A stretch of DNA of 64,000 bases from Leptogorgia sarmentosa (lineage: Eukaryota). The translations under genes and the position numbers were made by a program. This document shows positions 38,301-51,000 of the stretch, in pieces (within the stretch, counting starts at the first letter, position 1; every line of letters begins with the position of its first letter). The notes beneath the pieces are model-generated. The model ran no database searches. It was not told the DNA's origin and was given only the letters and a program-made list of their open reading frames with translations. The stretch is taken from positions 16,244,001-16,308,000 of the forward strand of contig OZ210885.1 in NCBI GenBank assembly GCA_964658305.1, given 5' to 3'.

Positions 38301-41300
38301 TTTGTATTGTTGTTTTGCTAAATGTTATTTAATGCCTATTTGTAAATATAATTCCTTTCAATTTCAACTTCAGGGTTTTGTTATTGTTACACGTTTAAAA
38401 AGTGTAAGTTCCACCAACAAATGTCTACGACCATACCAGTAGGAAAATACCGGTTCTCGTCTGATCACCAAAGTTAAGCCTAGGTGGGCAAAGTTAGTAC
38501 TTGGATGGGTGACCACCTGGGAATACTTTGTGTTGTAGACTTGCTTCATTTTATTGTATGTGTGTTTGTAAATAGGTTTGCTTTCAATGTAAACTTCAGG
38601 GATTTTGTTATTGCTACATCTGGAAATACTTTGTATTGTTGTTTTGCTAAATGTTATTTAATGCCTATTTGTAAATATAATTCCTTTCAATTTCAACTTC
38701 AGGGTTTTGTTATTGTTACACGTTTAAAAAGTGTAAGTTCCACCAACAAATGTCTACGACCATACCAGTAGGAAAATACCGGTTCTCGTCTGATCACCGA
38801 AGTTAAGCCTAGGTGGGCAAAGTTAGTACTTGGATGGGTGACCACCTGGGAATACTTTGTGTTGTAGACTTGCTTCATTTTATTGTATGTGTGTTTGTAA
38901 ATAGGTTTGCTTTCAATGTAAACTTCAGGGATTTTGTTATTGCTACATCTGGAAATACTTTGTATTGTTGTTTTGCTAAATGTTATTTAATGCCTATTTG
39001 TAAATATAATTCCTTTCAATTTCAACTTCAGGGTTTTGTTATTGTTACACGTTTAAAAAGTGTAACTTCCATCAACAAATGTCTACGACCGTACGAGTAG
39101 GAAAATACCGGTTCTCGTCTGATCACCGAAGTTAAGCCTAGGTGGGCAACGTTAGTAGTTGGATGGGTGACCACCTGGGAATACTTTGTGTTGTAGACTT
39201 GCTTCATTTTGTTGTATGTGTGTTTGTAAGTAGGTTTGCTTTCAATTTCAACTTCAGGGTTTTGTTATTGTTACACGTTTAAAAAGTGTAACTTCCATCA
39301 ACAAATGTCTACGACCATACCAGTAGGAAAATACCGGTTCTCGTCTGATCACCGAAGTTAAGCCTAGGTGAGCAAAGTTAGTACTTGGATGGGTGACTAC
39401 CTGGGAATACTTTGTGTTGTAGACTTGCTTCATTTTATTGTAGGTGTGTTTGTAAATAGGTTTGCTTTCAATTTCAACTTCAGGGTTTTGTTATTGTTAC
39501 ACGTTTACAAAGTGTAACTTCCATCAACAAACGTCTACGACCATACCAGTAGGAAAATACCAGTTCTGTTCTGATCACCGAAGTTAAGCCTAGGTGCGAA
39601 AAGTTAGTACTTGGATGGGTGACCACCTGGGAATACTTTCTGTTGTAGACTTGCTTCATTTTGTTGTATGTGTGTTTGTAAGTAGGTTTGCTTTCAATTT
39701 CAACTTCAGGGTTTTGTTATTGTTACACGTTTAAAAAGTGTAACTTCCATCAACAAATGTCTACGACCATACCAGTAGGAAAATACCGGTTCTCGTCTGA
39801 TCACCGAAGTTAAGCCTAGGTGGGAAAAGTTAGTACTTGGATGGGTGACTACCTGGGAATACTTTGTGTTGTAGACTTGCTTCATTTTATTGTATGTGTG
39901 TTTGTAAATATAATTCCTTTCAATTTCAACTTCAGGGTTTTGTTATTGTTACACGTTTAAAAAGTGTAACTTCCATCAACAAATGTCTACGACCATACCA
40001 GTAGGAAAATACCGGTTCTCGTCTGATCACCGAAGTTAAGCCTAGGTGGGCAAAGTTAGTACTTGGATGGGTGACCACCTGGGAATACTTTGTGTTGTAG
40101 ACTTGCTTCATTTTATTGTATGTGTGTTTGTAAATAGGTTTGCTTTCAATGTAAACTTCAGGGATTTTGTTATTGCTACATATGGAAATACTTTGTATTG
40201 TTGTTTTGCTAAATGTTATTTAATGCCTATTTGTAAATATAATTCCTTTCAATTTCAACTTCAGGGTTTTGTTATTGTTACACGTTTAAAAAGTGTAACT
40301 TCCATCAACAAATGTCTACGACCGTACGAGTAGGAAAATACCGGTTCTCGTCTGATCACCGAAGTTGAGCCTAGGTGGGCAACGTTAGTAGTTGGATGGG
40401 TGACCACCTGGGAATACTTTGTGTTGTAGACTTGCTTCATTTTGTTGTATGTATGTGTGTTTGTAAGTAGGTTTGCTTTCAATTTCAACTTCAGGGTTTT
40501 GTTATTGTTACACGTTTAAAAAGTGTAACTTCCATCAACAAATGTCTACGACCATACCAGTAGGAAAATACCGGTTCTCGTCTGATCACCGAAGTTAAGC
40601 CTAGGTGGGCAAAGTTAGTACTTGGATGGGTGACTACCTGGGAATACTTTGTGTTGTGGACTTGCTTCATTTTATTGTATGTGTGTTTGTAAATAGGTTT
40701 GCTTTCAATTTCAACTTCAGGGTTTTGTTATTGTTACACGTTTAAAAAGTGTAACTTCCATCAACAAATGTCTACGACCATACCAGTAGGAAAATACCGG
40801 TTCTCGTCTGATCACTGAAGTTAAGCCTAGGTGGGAAAAGTTAGTACTTGGATGGGTGACCACCTGGGAATACTTTGTGTTGTAGACTTGCTTCATTTTA
40901 TTGTATGTGTGTTTGTAAATAGGTTTGCTTTCAATTTCAACTTCAGGGTTTTGTTATTGTTACACGTTTAAAAAGTGTAACTTCCATCAACAAATGTCTA
41001 CGACCATACCAGTAGGAAAATACCGGTTCTCGTATGATCACCGAAGTTAAGCCTAGGTGGGAAAAGTTAGTACTTGGATGGGTGACCACCTGGCAATACT
41101 TTGTGTTGTAGACTTGCTTCATTTTGTTGTATGTGTGTTTGTAAGTAGGTTTGCTTTCAATTTCAACTTCAGGGTTTTGTTATTGTTACACGTTTAAAAA
41201 GTGTAACTTCCATCAACAAATGTCTATGACCATACCAATAGGAAAATACCGGTTCTCGTCTGATCACCGAAGTTAGGCCGAGGTGGGCAAAGTTAGTACT

Positions 41301-44300
41301 TGGATGGGTGACTACCTGGCAATACTTTGTGTTGTAGACTTGCTTCATTTTATTGTATGTGTGTTTGTAAATAGGTTTGCTTTCAATTTCAACTTCAGGG
41401 TTTTGTTATTGTTACACGTTTAAAAAGTGTAACTTCCATCAACAAATGTCTACGACCATACCAGTAGGAAAATACCGGTTCTCGTCTGATCACCGAAGTT
41501 AAGCCTAGGTGGGAAAAGTTAGTACTTGGATGGGTGACCACCTGGGAATACTTTGTGTTGTAGACTTGCTTCATTTTATTGTATGTGTGTTTGTAAATAG
41601 GTTTGCTTTCAATTTCAACTTCAGGGTTTTGTTATTGTTACACGTTTAAAAAGTGTAACTTCCATCAACAAATGTCTACGACCATACCAGTAGGAAAATA
41701 CCGGTTCTCGTCTGATTACCGAAGTTAAGCCTAGGTGGGCAAAGTTACTACTTGGATGGGTGACTACCTGGGAATACTTTGTGTTGTAGACTTGCTTCAT
41801 TTTATTGTATGTGTGTTTGTAAATATAATTCCTTTCAATTTCAACTTCAGGGTTTTGTTATTGTTACACGTTTAAAAAGTGTAACTTCCATCAACAAATG
41901 TCTACGACCGTACGAGTAGGAAAATACCGGTTCTCGTCTGATCACCGAAGTTAAGCCTAGGTGGGCAACGTTAGTAGTTGGATGGGTGACCACCTGGGAA
42001 TACTTTGTGTTGTAGACTTGCTTCATTTTGTTGTATGTGTGTTTGTAAGTAGGTTTGCTTTCAATTTCAACTTCAGGGTTTTGTTATTGTTACACGTTTA
42101 AAAAGTGTAACTTCCATCAACAAATGTCTACGACCATACCAGTAGGAAAATACCGGTTCTCGTCTGATCACCGAAGTTAAGCCTAGGTGGGCAAAGTTAG
42201 TACTTGGATGGGTGACTACCTGGGAATACTTTGTGTTGTAGACTTGCTTCATTTTATTGTAGGTGTGTTTGTAAATAGGTTTGCTTTCAATTTCAACTTC
42301 AGGGTTTTGTTATTGTTACACGTTTACAAAGTGTAACTTCCATCAACAAATGTCTACGACCATACCAGTAGGAAAATACCAGTTCTCGTCTGATCACCGA
42401 AGTTAAGCCTAGGTGGGAAAAGTTAGTACTTGGATGGGTGACCACCTGGGAATACTTTCTGTTGTAGACTTGCTTCATTTTGTTGTATGTGTGTTTGTAA
42501 GTAGGTTTGCTTTCAATTTCAACTTCAGGGTTTTGTTATTGTTACACGTTTAAAAAGTGTAACTTCCATCAACAAATGTCTACGACCATACCAGTAGGAA
42601 AATACCGGTTCTCGTCTGATCACCGAAGTTAAGCCTAGGTGGGGAAAGTTAGTACTTGGATGGGTGACTACCTGGGAATACTTTGTGTTGTAGACTTGCT
42701 TCATTTTATTGTATGTGTGTTTGTAAATATAATTCCTTTCAATTTCAACTTCAGGGTTTTGTTATTGTTACACGTTTAAAAAGTGTAACTTCCATCAACA
42801 AATGTCTACGACCATACCACTAGGAAAATACCGGTTCTCGTCTGATCACCGAAGTTAAGCCTAGGTGGGAAAAGTTAGTTCTCGTCTAATTACCGAAGTT
42901 AAGCCTAGGTGGGCAAAGTTAGTACTTGGATGGGTGACCACCTGGGAATACTTTGTGTTGTAGACTTGCTTCATTTTGTTGTATGTGTGTTTGTAAGTAG
43001 GTTTGCTTTCAATTTCAACTTCAGGGTTTTGTTATTGTTACACGTTTAAAAAGTGTAACTTCCATCAACAAATGTCTACGAGCATACCAGTAGGAAAATA
43101 CCGGTTCTCGTCTGATTACCGAAGTTAAGCCTAGGTGGGCAAAGTTAGTACTTGGATGGGTGACTACCTGGGAATACTTTGTGTTGTAGACTTGCTTCAT
43201 TTTATTGTATGTGTGTTTGTAAATATAATTCCTTTCAATTTCAACTTCAGGGTTTTGTTATTGTTACACGTTTAAAAAGTGTAACTTCCATCAACAAATG
43301 TCTACGACCGTACGAGTAGGAAAATACCGGTTCTCGTCTGATCACCGAAGTTAAGCCTAGGTGGGCAACGTTAGTAGTTGGATGGGTGACCACCTGGGAA
43401 TACTTTGTGTTGTAGACTTGCTTCATTTTGTTGTATGTGTGTTTGTAAGTAGGTTTGCTTTCAATTTCAACTTCAGGGTTTTGTTATTGTTACACGTTTA
43501 AAAAGTGTAACTTCCATCAACAAATGTCTACGACCATACCAGTAGGAAAATACCGGTTCTCGTGTGATCACCGAAGTTAAGCCTAGGTGGGCAAAGTTAG
43601 TACTTGGATGGGTGACTACCTGGGAATACTTTGTGTTGTAGACTTGCTTCATTTTATTGTAGGTGTGTTTGTAAATAGGTTTGCTTTCAATTTCAACTTC
43701 AGGGTTTTGTTATTGTTACACGTTTACAAAGTGTAACTTCCATCAACAAATGTCTACGACCATACCAGTAGGAAAATACCAGTTCTCTTCTGATCACCGA
43801 AGTTAAGCCTAGGTGGGAAAAGTTAGTACTTGGATGGGTGACCACATGGGAATACTTTCTGTTGTAGACTTGCTTCATTTTGTTGTATGTGTGTTTGTAA
43901 GTAGGTTTGCTTTCAATTTCAACTTCAGGGTTTTGTTATTGTTACACGTTTAAAAAGTGTAACTTCCATCAACAAATGTCTACGACCATACCAGTAGGAA
44001 AATACCGGTTCTCGTCTGATCACCGAAGTTAAGCCTAGGTGGGAAAAGTTAGTTCTCGTCTAATTACCGAAGTTAAGCCTAGGTGGGCAAAGTTAGTACT
44101 TGGATGGGTGACCACCTGGGAATACTTTGTGTTGTAGACTTGCTTCATTTTGTTGTATGTGTGTTTGTAAGTAGGTTTGCTTTCAATTTCAACTTCAGGG
44201 TTTTGTTATTGTTACACGTTTAAAAAGTGTAACTTCCATCAACAAATGTCTACGAGCATACCAGTAGGAAAATACCGGTTCTCGTCTGATCACCGAAGTT

Positions 44301-45783
44301 AAGCCTAGGTGGGCAAAGTTAGTACTTGGATGGGTGACTACCTGGGAATACTTTGTGTCGTAGACTTGCTTCATTTTATTGTATGTGTGTTTGTAAATAT
44401 AATTCCTTTCAATTTCAACTTCAGGGTTTTGTTATTGTTACACGTTTAAAAAGTGTAACTTCCATCAACAAATGTCTACGACCATACCACTAGGAAAATA
44501 CCGGTTCTCGTCTGATCACCGAAGTTAAGCCTAGGTGGGAAAAGTTAGTTCTCGTCCAATTACCGAAGTTAAGCCTAGGTGGGCAAAGTTAGTACTTGGA
44601 TGGGTGACCACCTGGGAATACTTTGTGTTGTAGACTTGCTTCATTTTGTTGTATGTGTGTTTGTAAGTAGGTTTGCTTTCAATTTCAACTTCAGGGTTTT
44701 GTTATTGTTACACGTTTAAAAAGTGTAACTTCCATCAACAAATGTCTACGAGCATACCAGTAGGAAAATACCGGTTCTCGTCTGATCACCGAAGTTAAGC
44801 CTAGGTGGGAAAAGTTAGTACTTGGATGGGTGACCACCTGGCAATACTTTGTGTTGTAGACTTGCTTCATTTTATTGTATGTGTGTTTGTAAATAGGTTT
44901 GCTTTCAATTTCAACTTCAGGGTTTTGTTATTGTTACACGTTTAAAAAGTGTAACTTCCATCAACAAATGTCTACGACCATACCAGTAGGAAAATACCGG
45001 TTCTCGTCTGATCACCGAAGTTAAGCCTAGGTGGGCAAAGTTAGTACTTGGATGGGTGACTACCTGGGAATACTTTGTGTTGTAGACTTGCTTCATTTTA
45101 TTGTATGTGTGTTTGTAAATATAATTCCTTTCAATTTCAACTTCAGGGTTTTGTTATTGTTACACGTTTAAAAAGTGTAACTTCCATCAACAAATGTCTA
45201 CGACCGTACGAGTAGGAAAATACCGGTTCTCGTCTGATCACCGAAGTTAAGCCTAGGTGGGCAACGTTAGTAGTTGGATGGGTGACCACCTGGGAATACT
45301 TTGTGTTGTAGACTTGCTTCATTTTGTTGTATGTGTGTTTGTAAGTAGGTTTGCTTTCAATTTCAACTTCAGGGTTTTGTTATTGTTACACGTTTAAAAA
45401 GTGTAACTTCCATCAACAAATGTCTACGACCATACCAGTAGGAAAATACCGGTTCTCGTGTGATCACCGAAGTTAAGCCTAGGTGGGCAAAGTTAGTACT
45501 TGGATGGGTGACTACCTGGGAATACTTTGTGTTGTAGACTTGCTTCATTTTATTGTAGGTGTGTTTGTAAATAGGTTTGCTTTCAATTTCAACTTCAGGG
45601 TTTTGTTATTGTTACACGTTTACAAAGTGTAACTTCCATCAACAAATGTCTACGACCATACCAGTAGGAAAATACCAGTTCTCTTCTGATCACCGAAGTT
45701 AAGCCTAGGTGGGAAAAGTTAGTACTTGGATGGGTGACCACCTGGGAATACTTTCTGTTGTAGACTTGCTTCATTTTGTTGTA
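29322..45783 (+). repeat. Tandem duplication of an 8231-bp block (34 monomers), two copies, junction near 37550
   Basis: An offset of 8231 holds for GTGCAAC (29391/37622), long units 29969/38200 and 31815/40046, and 270-bp units 34573/42804, 35747/43978 and 36243/44474. Shared rare SNPs: GATCGCCG, CACCAAAG, GTTGAGCC, GTTGTGGAC. Confidence 0.93.
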
Positions 45784-47030
45784 TGTGTGTTTGTAAGTAG
45801 GTTTGCTTTCAATTTCAACTTCAGGGTTTTGTTATTGTTACACGTTTAAAAAGTGTAACTTCCATCAACAAATGTCTACGACCATACCAGTAGGAAAATA
45901 CCGGTTCTCGTCTGATCACCGAAGTTAAGCCTAGGTGGGAAAAGTTAGTTCTCGTCTAATTACCGATGTTAAGCCTAGGTGGGCAAAGTTAGTACTTGGA
46001 TGGGTGACCACCTGGGAATACTTTGTGTTGTAGACTTGCTTCATTTTGTTGTATGTGTGTTTGTAAGTAGGTTTGCTTTCAATTTCAACTTCAGGGTTTT
46101 GTTATTGTTACACGTTTAAAAAGTGTAACTTCCATCAACAAATGTCTACGAGCATACCAGTAGGAAAATACCGGTTCTCGTCTGATCACCGAAGTTAAGC
46201 CTAGGTGGGCAAAGTTAGTACTTGGATGGGTGACTACCTGGGAATACTTTGTGTTGTAGACTTGCTTCATTTTATTGTATGTGTGTTTGTAAATATAATT
46301 CCTTTCAATTTCAACTTCAGGGTTTTGTTATTGTTACACGTTTAAAAAGTGTAACTTCCATCAACAAATGTCTACGACCATACCACTAGGAAAATACCGG
46401 TTCTCGTCTGATCACCGAAGTTAAGCCTAGGTGGGAAAAGTTAGTTCTCGTCCAATTACCGAAGTTAAGCCTAGGTGGGCAAAGTTAGTACTTGGATGGG
46501 TGACCACCTGGGAATACTTTGTGTTGTAGACTTGCTTCATTTTGTTGTATGTGTGTTTGTAAGTAGGTTTGCTTTCAATTTCAACTTCAGGGTTTTGTTA
46601 TTGTTACACGTTTAAAAAGTGTAACTTCCATCAACAAATGTCTACGAGCATACCAGTAGGAAAATACCGGTTCTCGTCTGATCACCGAAGTTAAGCCTAG
46701 GTGGGAAAAGTTAGTACTTGGATGGGTGACCACCTGGCAATACTTTGTGTTGTAGACTTGCTTCATTTTATTGTATGTGTGTTTGTAAATAGGTTTGCTT
46801 TCAATTTCAACTTCAGGGTTTTGTTATTGTTACACGTTTAAAAAGTGTAACTTGCATCAACAAATGTCTACGACCATACCAGTAGGAAAATACCGGTTCT
46901 CGTCTGATCACCGAAGTTAAGCCTAGGTGGGCAAAGTTAGTACTTGGATGGGTGACTACCTGGGAATACTTTGTGTTGTAGACTTGCTTCATTTTATTGT
47001 ATGTGTGTTTGTAAATATAATTCCTTTCAA
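43300..47030 (+). repeat. Higher-order repeat, 1896-bp period (6x226 + 2x270); boundaries approximate
   Basis: 270-bp units at 43978/45874 and 44474/46370; the latter pair shares CGTCCAATT. Confidence 0.85.
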
Positions 47031-48039
47031 TTTCAATTTCAGGGTTTTGTTATTGTTACACGTTTAAAAAGTCTAACTTCCATCAACAAATGTCTACGAC
47101 CATACCACTAGGAAAATACCGGTTCTCGTCTGATCACCGAAGTTAAGCCTAGGTGGGAAAAGTTAGTTCTCGTCTAATTACCGAAGTTAAGCCTAGGTGG
47201 GCAAAGTTAGTACTTGGATGGGTGACCACCTGGGAATACTTTGTGTTGTAGACTTGCTTCATTTTGTTGTATGTGTGTTTGTAAGTAGGTTTCCTTTCAA
47301 TTTCAACTTCAGGGTTTTGTTATTGTTACACGTTTAAAAAGTGTAACTTCCATCAACAAATGTCTACGAGCATACCAGTAGGAAAATACCGGTTCTCGTC
47401 TGATCACCGAAGTTAAGCCTAGGTGGGAAAAGTTAGTACTTGGATGGGTGACCACCTGGCAATACTTTGTGTTGTAGACTTGCTTCATTTTATTGTATGT
47501 GTGTTTGTAAATAGGTTTGCTTTCAATTTCAACTTCAGGGTTTTGTTATTGTTACACGTTTAAAAAGTGTAACTTCCATCAACAAATGTCTACGACCATA
47601 CCAGTAGGAAAATACCGGTTCTCGTCTGATCACCGAAGTTAAGCCTAGGTGGGCAAAGTTAGTACTTGGATGGGTGACTACCTGGGAATACTTTGTGTTG
47701 TAGACTTGCTTCATTTTATTGTATGTGTGTTTGTAAATAGGTTTGCTTTCAATTTCAACTTCATGGTTTTGTTATTGTTACACGTTTAAAAAGTGTAACT
47801 TCCATCAACAAATGTCTACGACCATACCAGTAGGAAAATACCGGTTCTCGTCTGATCACCGAAGTTAAGCCTAGGTTGGCATGGTTAGTACTCGGATGGG
47901 TGACCACCTGGGAATACTTTGTGTTGTAGACTTGCTTCATTTTGTTGTATGTGTGTTTGTAAGTAGGTTTGCTTTCAATTTCAACTTCAGGGTTTTGTTA
48001 TTGTTACACGTTTAAAAAGTGTAACTTCCATCAACAAAT

Positions 48040-51000
48040 GTCTACGACCATACCAGTAGGAAAATACCGGTTCTCGTCTGATCACCGAAGTTAGGCCTAG
48101 GTGGGCAAAGTTAGTACTTGGATGGGTGACCACCTGGGAATACTTTGTGTTGTAGACTTGCTTCATTTTGTTGTATGTGTGTTTGTAAGTAGGTTTGCTT
48201 TCAATTTCAACTTCAGGGTTTTGTTATTGTTACACGTTTTAAAAGTGTAACTTCCATCAACAAATGTCTACGACCATACCAGTAGGAAAATACCGGTTCT
48301 CGTGTGATCACCGAAGTTAGGCCTAGGTGGGAAAAGTTAGTACTTGGATGGGTGACCACCTGGGAATACTTTGTGTTGTAGATTTGCTTCATTTTATTGT
48401 ATGTGTGTTTTTAAATAGGTTTGCTTTCAATTTCAACTTCAGGGTTTTGTTATTGTTACACGTTTAAAAAGTGTAACTTCCATCAACAAATGTCTACGAC
48501 CATACCACTAGGAAAATACCGGTTCTCGTCTGATCACCGAAGTTAAGCCTAGGTGGGAAAAGTTAGTACTTGGATGGGTGACCACCTGGGAATACTTTGT
48601 GTTGTAGAATTGCTTCATTTTATTGTATGTGTGTTTTTAAATAGGTTTGCTTTCAATGTAAACTTCAGGGATTTTGTTATTGCTACATCTGGAAATACTT
48701 TGTATTGTTGTTTTGCTAAATGTTATTTAATGCCTATTTGTAAATATAATTCCTTTCAATTTCAACTTCAGGGTTTTGTTATTGTTACACGTTTAAAAAG
48801 TGTAACTTCCATCAACAAATGTCTACGACTGTACGAGTAGGAAAATACCGGTTCTCGTCTGATCACCGAAGTTAAGCCTAGGTGGGCAAAGTTAGTAGTT
48901 GGATGGGTGACCACCTGGGAATACTTTGTGTTGTAGACTTGCTTCATTTTATTGTATGTGTGTTTGTAAATAGGTTTGCTTTCAATTTCAACTTCAGGGT
49001 TTTGTTATTGTTACACGTTTAAAAAGGGTTACTTCCATCAACAAATGTCTACGACGATACCAGTAGGAAAATACCGGTTCTCGTCTGATCACCGAAGTTA
49101 AGCCTAGGTGGGCAAAGTTAGTACTTGGATGGGTGACTACCTGGGAATACTTTGTGTTGTAGACTTGCTTCATTTTATTGTATGTGTGTTTGTAAATATA
49201 ATTCCTTTCAATTTCAACTTCAGGGTTTTGTTATTGTTACACGTTTGAAAAGTGTAACTTCCATCAAGAAATGTCTACGACCATACCAGTAGGAAAATAC
49301 CGGTTCTCGTCTGATCACCGAAGTTAAGCCTAGGTGGGAAAAGTTAGTACTTGGATGGGTTACCACCTGGGAATACTTTGTGTTGTAGACTTGGTTCGTT
49401 TTATTGTATGTGTGTTTTTAAATAGGTTTGCTTTCAATTTCAACTTCAGGGTTTTGTTATTGTTACACGTTTAAAAAGTGTTACTTCCATCAACAAATGT
49501 CTACGACCATACCAGTAGGAAAATACCGGTTCTCGTCTGATCACCGAAGTTAAGCCTAGCTGGGCATGGTTAGTACTTGGATGGGTGACCACCTGGGAAT
49601 ACTTTGTGTTGTAGACTTGCTTCATTTTATTGTATGTGTGTTTGTAAATAGGTTTGCTTTCAATGTAAACTTCAGGGATTTTGTTATTGCTACATCTGGA
49701 AATACTTTGTATTGTTGTTTTGCTAAATGTTATTTAATGCCTATTTGTAAATATAATTCCTTTCAATTTCAGCTTCAGGGTTTTGTTATTGTTACACGTT
49801 TAAAAAGTGTAACTTCCATCAACAATTGTCTACGACCGTACGAGTAGGAAAATACCGGTTCTCGTCTAATTACCGAAGTTAAGCATAGGTGGGCAAAGTT
49901 AGTAGTTGGATGGGTGACCACCTGGGAATACTTTGTGTTGTAGACTTGCTTCATTTTATTGTATGTGTGTTTGTAAATAGGTTTGCTTTCAATTTCAACT
50001 TCAGGGTTTTGTTATTGTTACACGTTTAAAAAGTGTTACTTCCATCAACAAATGTCTACGACGATACCAGTAGGAAAATACCGGTTCTCGTCTGATCACC
50101 GAAGTTAAGCCTAGGTGGGCAAAGTTAGTACTTGGATGGGTGACTACCTGGGAATACTTTGTGTTGTAGACTTGCTTCATTTTATTGTATGTGTGTTTGT
50201 AAATATAATTCCTTTCAATTTCAACTTCAGGGTTTTGTTATTGTTACACGTTTAAAAAGTGTAACTTCCATCAACAAATGTCTACGACCATACCAGTAGG
50301 AAAATACCGGTTCTCGTCTGATCACCGAAGTTAAGCCTAGGTGGGCAAAGTTAGTACTTGGATGGGTGACCACCTGGGAATACTTTGTGTTGTAGACTTG
50401 GTTCGTTTTATTGTATGTGTGTTTTTAAATAGGTTTGCTTTCAATTTCAACTTCAAGGTTTTGTTATTGTTACACGTTTAAAAAGTGTAACTTAACCGAA
50501 GTTAAGCCTAGGTGGGAAAAGTTAGTACTTGGATGGGTGACCACCTGGGAATACTTTGTGTTGTAGATTTGCTTCATTTTATTGTATGTGTGTTTTTAAA
50601 TAGGTTTGCTTTCAATTTCAACTTCAGGGTTTTGTTATTGTTACACGTTTAAAAAGTGTAACTTCCATCAACAAATGTCTACGACCATACCAGTAGGAAA
50701 ATACCGGTTCTCGTCTGATCACCGAAGTTAAGCCTAGGTGGGCAAAGTTAGTACTTGGATGGGTGACCACCTGGGAATACTTTGTGTTGTAGACTTGCTT
50801 CATTTTATTGTATGTGTGTTTGTAAATAGGTTTGCTTTCAATGTAAACTTCAGGGATTTTGTTATTGCTAGATCTGGAAATACTTTGTATTGTTGTTTTG
50901 CTAAATGTTATTTAATGCCTATTTGTAAATATAATTCCTTTCAATTTCAACTTCAGGGTTTTGTTATTGTTACACGTTTAAAAAGTGTAACTTCCATCAA

